From the NCBI GenBank assembly GCA_052326545.1, contig JBKQML010000189.1, positions 1-34,029 on the forward strand: a DNA stretch of 34,029 bases. The letters run 5' to 3'. The notes under the pieces are model-generated. The model saw nothing but the letters and a program-made list of their open reading frames with translations, did no database searches and was not told the DNA's origin. How positions within the stretch are numbered: position 1 is the stretch's first letter; each line of letters opens with the position of its first letter. This document shows, piece by piece, positions 26,672 through 34,029 of the stretch. The stretch is from Dehalococcoidales bacterium. GTDB taxonomy: Bacteria > Chloroflexota > Dehalococcoidia > Dehalococcoidales > Fen-1064. Position numbers and translations under genes: made by a program.

Positions 26672-27682
26672 TTAGGGTAATATTTTTGTTTTTTTCGGTT
26701 TTAAAGAGGGTTTGTCCGCCTTATATTTGCCCATTTTCCTTTTTATTTCATCCAGGTACTGTTTTTGTTTCGAAGGCGGCATGGTTGAAGTCTGTTTGGA
26801 TGTCCATGCCTTTTCTGGGTCAAGCGGATGATACTCATTCCAATGTTCCATTTTTCCGGCGAGCGTTAAACGGGACCTTTTTCGCTCTTCGTCGCTGAAT
26901 ATAACTTTTATTTCGCCGTTTTCTATCTTGAGTTCTCCGTAGATACCGCAAATCGGGCATTGAACCGGATTTTTATTTTTGATGGTTATTTCATTCTGGT
27001 GGCATACCGGGCATGTCCCGATTTCATCACCCCTCCATTTCATCTCAGAACCCGTCTTACCCATCACCTCTGCAACATGATGTCCTAATTTATGCACTCT
27101 TGACATCGCGTTATCATCTAATAAAACCTGGCCTTTGATGATGTTGGTCCCCATCACCATCATCTGGTCGACAACTTCCAATTGTATTGAAAAAGTCATT
27201 GTTTGGAATATGGACAGTCCCAAAGAGAGCCAATCCGGGGTCACTGAACCGCCAACAGAAATAAATGCGCCAGGGCGTGTTTTAAAGCACCTTTCATCAA
27301 CAAATACTTTTTCACCCCGTTCTTTTAATTTTTTACGTTCGATCATCCAGGCTACATCAGACTTAGAACCAAACAGCCTGTCTCGAATCACGAGTAAGTA
27401 ACCGGGAGGAGTCAGGCAATAGACGGGACCGCTGAGAATCAGTCCATCGGAATCCATGATTTTATTCCAGACAAAAACCGCGTCGTCCTTAATGACACAC
27501 GCTTCCTTACCGATTATTTCTGCCTGGCAGACTTTACAGCCGATACATGGTTTGACATCAACATCTAACAGGCTCAGGACCTCAGTCTTTACACCCAGTT
27601 CTTCAGCCGCCATTAATGCTTCCCGTAATAATATTTCGCTGTTCCCCATCTTGCGACCGCATGAGATTCCTAAAAGATTCAT
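26672..27682 (-). CDS. Flavodoxin-fold FMN reductase / iron-sulfur flavoprotein-like protein with a C-terminal CxxC...CxxC domain
   Basis: Probable ATG at 27682 (MNLLGISCGRKMGNSEIL); PCIGCKVC...CVIKDD; DGLILSGPVY; CPVC...CPIC. Confidence 0.85.
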   Translation of the reverse strand: MNLLGISCGRKMGNSEILLREALMAAEELGVKTEVLSLLDVDVKPCIGCKVCQAEIIGKEACVIKDDAVFVWNKIMDSDGLILSGPVYCLTPPGYLLVIRDRLFGSKSDVAWMIERKKLKERGEKVFVDERCFKTRPGAFISVGGSVTPDWLSLGLSIFQTMTFSIQLEVVDQMMVMGTNIIKGQVLLDDNAMSRVHKLGHHVAEVMGKTGSEMKWRGDEIGTCPVCHQNEITIKNKNPVQCPICGIYGELKIENGEIKVIFSDEERKRSRLTLAGKMEHWNEYHPLDPEKAWTSKQTSTMPPSKQKQYLDEIKRKMGKYKADKPSLKPKKTKILP

Positions 27683-28128
27683 ATCAATAACCCCCATAAA
27701 ATACTTCTTTTTGCAATTGAAATATATACAATATAAATTATTTTCTTTGATTATAGCAAAAACGATACCGGATAATTTCAAAAGATGGTATTTTTATCGG
27801 GATTCTTTTGTGGCTTTTCCTGGAGCGCAAAGCATTGAGAACCTTATGAATATATTCTTAACTAACATATTGAGGCCGATGATTCGGCTCTTTGCTTTTT
27901 AGCAGAATCTCGCCCAACCCCGGGTAATGTTTAAAAAAAATGGCAGTGGCTGAACAATCAATCTTGTTGTTACCCAATAATTCAATGGAATAAATAATAA
28001 AACCAAGAATTTGTGGCGAGAAGTGGGAGTGTTGGCCTCTCTCTAAAGCACAGATTTTAGCTTTGTTTATGACAAACTATTAATACTTGTCTCAAATTGA
28101 GCCAGTGGTTACGATATACATATTTGTC

Positions 28129-28893
28129 TCATGCTGCTTTATTCAGCTTTTTTTGAGCAGGCTCTTCTGGAATTACATTGGACTGTTCAACCCGGGCAAA
28201 ACCGTGAATGAGCGGAAAGCGGAACACCCCAAACACTTCTCTGGTACGCAGAAAGCCAATAAAGATGATGATAACACCAGCTAACTCGAGAATATAAAAG
28301 GGCGCACCGCGGGCAGTCCCCAATCGCAACAACGAACCACCGATAGCCGGCAATAGCGCACCAACGGCAATGAGCACATTCGATTGTACACGATGAGGTA
28401 GAGTGCGTTTCCTCCAAAAAATCCACGCGCTGTAAAGTGCCCCGCCGACAAGAGTAACAGTGCCATAGACATTTAATAAACCAGTCAGAATACCAACATC
28501 AGTAGGTACAATGATTTTATCGGTTAACCTTGTCGCAATGCCTAAATCAATATTGTCGGTGAATAATCTAATGGCGCCGTATACAGAGAGAACCACCAAT
28601 ATTGCGGTTAAAATATGAGCGGTTCGGCGTTTTGCAAGAAGATAGACTGTCCCCTGGCCGAGAAAAGCTGCCACACAAATAGCCCCGAATAAATACCAAA
28701 GACGGAACATGAGAAGATTTAATCCATAGGTTTCAGTGTAAAATTCGTTGAAAGCACTGATACCATACATGAAAAGTCCAATCATCCACAGAAGTTGAAA
28801 CGGCTGGCGGCGTGCGAAATACTGGTCGAGAACGGTTATGCCGAATATCAATGAGACGATGGCTGAAATTAAGGGAATGCCCCCTATACCCAT
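28129..28893 (-). CDS. Uncharacterised polytopic (about 7 TM) membrane protein
   Basis: RBS AAGGAG; about seven hydrophobic segments; divergent from padR. Confidence 0.75.
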   Translation of the reverse strand: MGIGGIPLISAIVSLIFGITVLDQYFARRQPFQLLWMIGLFMYGISAFNEFYTETYGLNLLMFRLWYLFGAICVAAFLGQGTVYLLAKRRTAHILTAILVVLSVYGAIRLFTDNIDLGIATRLTDKIIVPTDVGILTGLLNVYGTVTLVGGALYSAWIFWRKRTLPHRVQSNVLIAVGALLPAIGGSLLRLGTARGAPFYILELAGVIIIFIGFLRTREVFGVFRFPLIHGFARVEQSNVIPEEPAQKKLNKAA

Positions 28894-29000
28894 GTCCTAC
28901 TCCTTAAGTAAATCTCCGTTTAGTACATAGTATTAACTGTTAATTTGGAACAGATTAGAAAGTCTGGACTTGTTCAATAGTGAGTATCTCCAAAAGATTA

Positions 29001-29050
29001 TTGACAAACCCAAAATTCGAGAATATACTCTTACCTAGACAAACTAGGTA
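29001..29050 (+). promoter_or_regulatory. padR promoter and palindromic operator
   Basis: TTGACA(29001)-N17-TATACT(29024), then TACCTAG-acaaa-CTAGGTA (29032-29050). Confidence 0.85.
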
Positions 29051-29066
29051 CAGGTGAGGTTAATTC

Positions 29067-29402
29067 ATGAGACAACAAAATGAGCTTGTTAAGGGGAGTG
29101 TGGATGCTCTGTTGCTCTGCTTGATTGGCCAGCAACCGATGTACGGTTATCAAATTATTAAAGAGCTTGAAGATAAAAGCCAAGGCTATTTCAAATATAA
29201 AGAGGGAACTCTTTACCCTGCGCTGCATCGCTTGGAGAAAGCGGGGTTGCTTGTCGGAAAATGGGAGCCGGCTTCGGGCGGACGCCAAAGACGGTACTAT
29301 CATATTACCGATAAAGGAAATAAGATTTTAGCAGAGAAGAAAGTACAGTGGCTAGATTTCTTAGCCGCAATGAATCTGATTATAAGTCCGGTTAGTGCCT
29401 GA
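29067..29402 (+). CDS. PadR-family transcriptional regulator (short subfamily)
   Basis: MYGYQIIKEL, EGTLYPALHRLE, RRYYHITDKG. Confidence 0.95.
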   Translation: MRQQNELVKGSVDALLLCLIGQQPMYGYQIIKELEDKSQGYFKYKEGTLYPALHRLEKAGLLVGKWEPASGGRQRRYYHITDKGNKILAEKKVQWLDFLAAMNLIISPVSA

Positions 29403-29416
29403 AATGGGGTACTATT

Positions 29417-30340
29417 TTGAAAAATGGGTTAAATCAATATCTCCAAAGTCTTAAAGACCATCTAACCATGGACCCGGCTTCTGAAAATGACGTGATCCAT
29501 GAATTGGAAACTCATGTTGAGGATAGCTGCCAGGAATTACAAAATGAGGGTCTTTCAGAAGATGAAGCTTTGGAAAAATGCCTCAAGCGGCTCGGTTCTG
29601 CCAAAATAGTTGCACACCAGATATACGAAGCTAATAATCAGGGAACATGGCGAGAAGCTTTACTTGCTGCATTACCCCACCTGATTTTTGCTTTTATCTT
29701 TGCTTTAAAGTGGTGGATAGACATTAATGTATTACCGATAATGTTTGTTGTTATCCTTGGTATCGCTATTTATGGGTGGTATCATGGAAAACCATATTGG
29801 CTTTTCCCGTGGCTTGGTTATTCGCTATTTCCAATAGTCGCAGCCGGCGTCTCTCTTCTTTACTTACCGGCAACGTGGGCATGGATCACTCTGGCGCTCT
29901 ATATTCCTTTAATTTTGTTGCTTCTTAGCCTCATCACTATTAAATTTTTGAAACGCGATTGGTCTTACAGTTTGTTGATGCTCTTACCGGCATCCGCATT
30001 CGTCGGTTGGCTATTGGCGGCAGGGCAAAAACCTGGTTTTCCGGGTCTTAAGATTAATTTTATGTACGGTTTTGCACCGTGGACGAGCATGACTTTCCTG
30101 GTACTCGCAATCTCAGTGGCACTATTTATCCGATTACGACAACGATGGCTGAGGATTACCACATTAGTCACCTCCGGTATAATTATATCTATTGTCACAA
30201 TCTTAGCCAGTAACCAATTAGGTCCAGCATCATTTATCGGTTTAGTACTGTTGATTATTAGCTTTTTAATTGTGCCTGCCTTCGTGGAACGTAAAGTAAG
30301 AAGGAATCAGTCAGCAGTTATACAGACCCCATTGCCCTAG
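29417..30340 (+). CDS. PadR-associated membrane protein with N-terminal HAAS/permease-prefix-like helical domain
   Basis: YLQSLKDHL...VIHELETHVED...GLSEDEA...RLGSAKIVA followed by about 8 TM segments; directly after padR. Confidence 0.8.
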   Translation: MKNGLNQYLQSLKDHLTMDPASENDVIHELETHVEDSCQELQNEGLSEDEALEKCLKRLGSAKIVAHQIYEANNQGTWREALLAALPHLIFAFIFALKWWIDINVLPIMFVVILGIAIYGWYHGKPYWLFPWLGYSLFPIVAAGVSLLYLPATWAWITLALYIPLILLLLSLITIKFLKRDWSYSLLMLLPASAFVGWLLAAGQKPGFPGLKINFMYGFAPWTSMTFLVLAISVALFIRLRQRWLRITTLVTSGIIISIVTILASNQLGPASFIGLVLLIISFLIVPAFVERKVRRNQSAVIQTPLP

Positions 30341-30363
30341 CTGCATATTTATTGATATTCCTC

Positions 30364-30427
30364 TTGACAAAATGCGCCTTTTACTTTATCATACCTATTT
30401 ATTCTAGGTATATCGGCTGACTAGGTA
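30364..30427 (+). promoter_or_regulatory. Promoter with a second copy and a partial third copy of the PadR-type operator
   Basis: TTGACA(30364)-N17-TATCAT(30387); TACCTAT-ttatt-CTAGGTA (30392-30410); further CTAGGTA half-site at 30421-30427. Confidence 0.8.
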
Positions 30428-30453
30428 TGCAGCCAAAAGGAGAAAAGAACAAC

Positions 30454-30843
30454 ATGCGTACAATCTTGAAACTACTCGTATCAATTATCGGGGTTGCGGC
30501 AATCGTCTTCGGTATTATCTTCATCTTCCAATCATGTCCCGCGAAAAAGCAGGTTGCGGATAACATCGCACCGGTGACTCTAAGCCAGTTGAATGCCACT
30601 TATAATACGGTCACAGCTAACCTGACAACAGTTATGCAAGCCGAGGAGCCAAATATTCAGGCCGGCACAGCTCAACCCAGTGCCACTTTCGCCTACCTCT
30701 CGGCCCAGCAAGCAGGGTTAGGACTCGCTAAGTCAAATGTCGGAACGGCCAACATGGTAATGATGATGGGAATTGTTGATGTGATCATTGGTTTGGGGTT
30801 GGTTATCGGCGGCGTGCTTATTCCCGGCAAAGCAAAATCGTAA
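30454..30843 (+). CDS. Small two-TM membrane protein of unknown function
   Basis: RBS AAGGAG plus ATG at 30454; hydrophobic N- and C-terminal helices around a helical loop. Confidence 0.75.
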   Translation: MRTILKLLVSIIGVAAIVFGIIFIFQSCPAKKQVADNIAPVTLSQLNATYNTVTANLTTVMQAEEPNIQAGTAQPSATFAYLSAQQAGLGLAKSNVGTANMVMMMGIVDVIIGLGLVIGGVLIPGKAKS

Positions 30844-30871
30844 AGCTTCGTATCGCGATCTGGAAAATATA

Positions 30872-32200
30872 ATGCAGATTGACAGGGAAGTAGAACTATC
30901 TGAATCAGGTTTTAAACTAATTGAACCTGGCCCGATGGCAAACTTATTTGCGACTCTTGTTGCCACTGCTTTCCATATTGGCATTCGTTCCATTTCCAAG
31001 GTGGAGATAATAGGACTTAAGAACTACACCGGATCGCCTTCTACCCTTGTGATTAGCAATCATAAAAGAGACCTGGACATGTTGGTCATTGGTCCTGCTC
31101 TCCACTTTGGAGACCGGTTTCCACGTCCCATGGTAAGGCCTTATTTTGTAGCCCGTGAAGATGAATTTGCTCCTGGTTTCCTTGCCACCTACTACAACCT
31201 GCCGCGTTGGCTTAACCGAACGATACTATATAAATTGAATATTAGCCCGGTAATGTATGCCTTTAGAGCTTACCCTATGCGACAGGCATACGCTTTCTCT
31301 ACCAATCAGGCATTTAGAGAGGTCTTGCAACTGGAGGGCAATGTAGAACTGGGAACGGTAGTTCAGGAAAGCTGGCTTCGAAATTCTGCCGATTCATTAG
31401 GATTACCGATCAATCTGTTAAAATCTATGGCCATAAAGGACTTCATGAATTGGCGTTCACTGAGAGTACTCCGACAAAAGGCTGATTCTTCCATGCTCCA
31501 GAAAAACTTATGTCGGCGAATGCGTCTCTCCCAGGGCAGGGTCATTCGAAGGCAACTGGAGTATTTCGTCAATATATTGAATCGAGGTAAAACGCTGTTC
31601 CTGGCTCCCGAAGGCGAACTCTCCCCCGATGGAAAGCTATGCCCGATCCGTGGCAGCCTTAATCGACTGGTAAAGATGTCTCGACAAGCGGTAAAAATAC
31701 TACCCATGAATATTAGCTACGACTTCATGACGACTGGCCGGATGAAAATCTTTTTAAATATCGGGCAAGAAATACTCGACACGGAAAGACTGCCAAAAGC
31801 TGAATTAGAATGTTGGGTAAAAGACTCTCTCCTCAAACTAAACGTGGTAACAATGAGCCAGATAGGTAGTTACTCACTATATCGTGAGGCTACCAAAGGG
31901 AACGATGTTCTTCTGGAAGAAAGCTGGCAGGGAGAATTGGCAAGTCTGGCGCAGAAAGTTGAAAAAGCTGGACTTGTGGTAAACAGGGCACTACTTGAAG
32001 AACGGACCTTTAACCGTAACTTTACGGATTTCTTGGGCTATTGTCTCCGAAATGGTCAACTAGCCTCTACATCCCCAGGAAAACTGCAAATCAATAGGGA
32101 AAGAATCCTGGATACCTCCTCCGTAGGATATTTCTCAAACCCAGTTTATTACTGTCACAATGAATTTAAAACTCTTCTTGGCTCTGACTTAGTTTATTGA
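30872..32200 (+). CDS. PlsC-like glycerolipid acyltransferase with a large insertion and a C-terminal extension
   Basis: SNHKRDLD (HX4D), YFVARE, FLAPEG, ILPMNISY; start uncertain (ATG at 30872 assumed). Confidence 0.8.
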   Translation: MQIDREVELSESGFKLIEPGPMANLFATLVATAFHIGIRSISKVEIIGLKNYTGSPSTLVISNHKRDLDMLVIGPALHFGDRFPRPMVRPYFVAREDEFAPGFLATYYNLPRWLNRTILYKLNISPVMYAFRAYPMRQAYAFSTNQAFREVLQLEGNVELGTVVQESWLRNSADSLGLPINLLKSMAIKDFMNWRSLRVLRQKADSSMLQKNLCRRMRLSQGRVIRRQLEYFVNILNRGKTLFLAPEGELSPDGKLCPIRGSLNRLVKMSRQAVKILPMNISYDFMTTGRMKIFLNIGQEILDTERLPKAELECWVKDSLLKLNVVTMSQIGSYSLYREATKGNDVLLEESWQGELASLAQKVEKAGLVVNRALLEERTFNRNFTDFLGYCLRNGQLASTSPGKLQINRERILDTSSVGYFSNPVYYCHNEFKTLLGSDLVY

Positions 32201-32273
32201 CCACTCTTTGCAGGCATTCAATAACGGATTTCGGCTCTTATTCGATAGCGGCATACTTTGAGTGTTAAAAGAA

Positions 32274-32312
32274 AAGGGCGGTCGTTTCAGGTTTTGTTAA
32301 AATGCCGCCCTT
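32274..32312 (-). terminator. Probable intrinsic terminator between the convergent acyltransferase gene and katG
   Basis: AAGGGCGG(T)CGTTT...AAATG-CCGCCCTT hairpin; followed on the minus strand by TTCTTTT. Confidence 0.55.
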
Positions 32313-32434
32313 ATACATCCCTAATGGCTCACGTTGAGCATTCGAACCATCCGTGAGTTTGTAAAGGGTATCCCTTCTCGATTTTCTGATTTCTAGTTCA
32401 GAATGAATTTTGGAAACCCTCGAAGAAGCTTATT

Positions 32435-34027
<1,593 letters not shown>

Positions 34028-34029
34028 GT

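Overview
AT-rich bacterial window, probably from an anaerobic Chloroflexota/Dehalococcoidia-like genome (inferred from gene content only). Left to right: (1) the 5' part of a multi-PAS sensor gene on the minus strand, absent from the ORF track. (2) Two paralogous DHA2-type MFS transporters flanking a large lipoprotein with a papain/C39-like peptidase core, a broken zinc-ribbon/TM2 gene and an SDR. (3) A probable catabolic island (~8.3-27.7 kb) with four paralogous coiled-coil SnoaL/NTF2-like enzymes in two operons that share a promoter, a VOC protein, a phosphotriesterase-like lactonase, an Fe-S old yellow enzyme, two alpha/beta-hydrolase-fold proteins lacking the catalytic Ser and His, a Liv-type ABC importer, a USP and an Fe-S flavoprotein. 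(4) A PadR/HAAS-type module with visible palindromic operators, a PlsC-like acyltransferase and the 3' part of a GC-rich katG. The strongest hidden signal is at 18654-19784 (-). The MauE/DoxX fusion gene appears to start 111 nt upstream of the called ORF, with an RBS, a 28-aa signal peptide and an in-frame TGA at the first mature residue, followed by a bacterial-SECIS-like hairpin. This is a candidate exported membrane selenoprotein (Sec, two B-repeats, TM, MauE with CxC).
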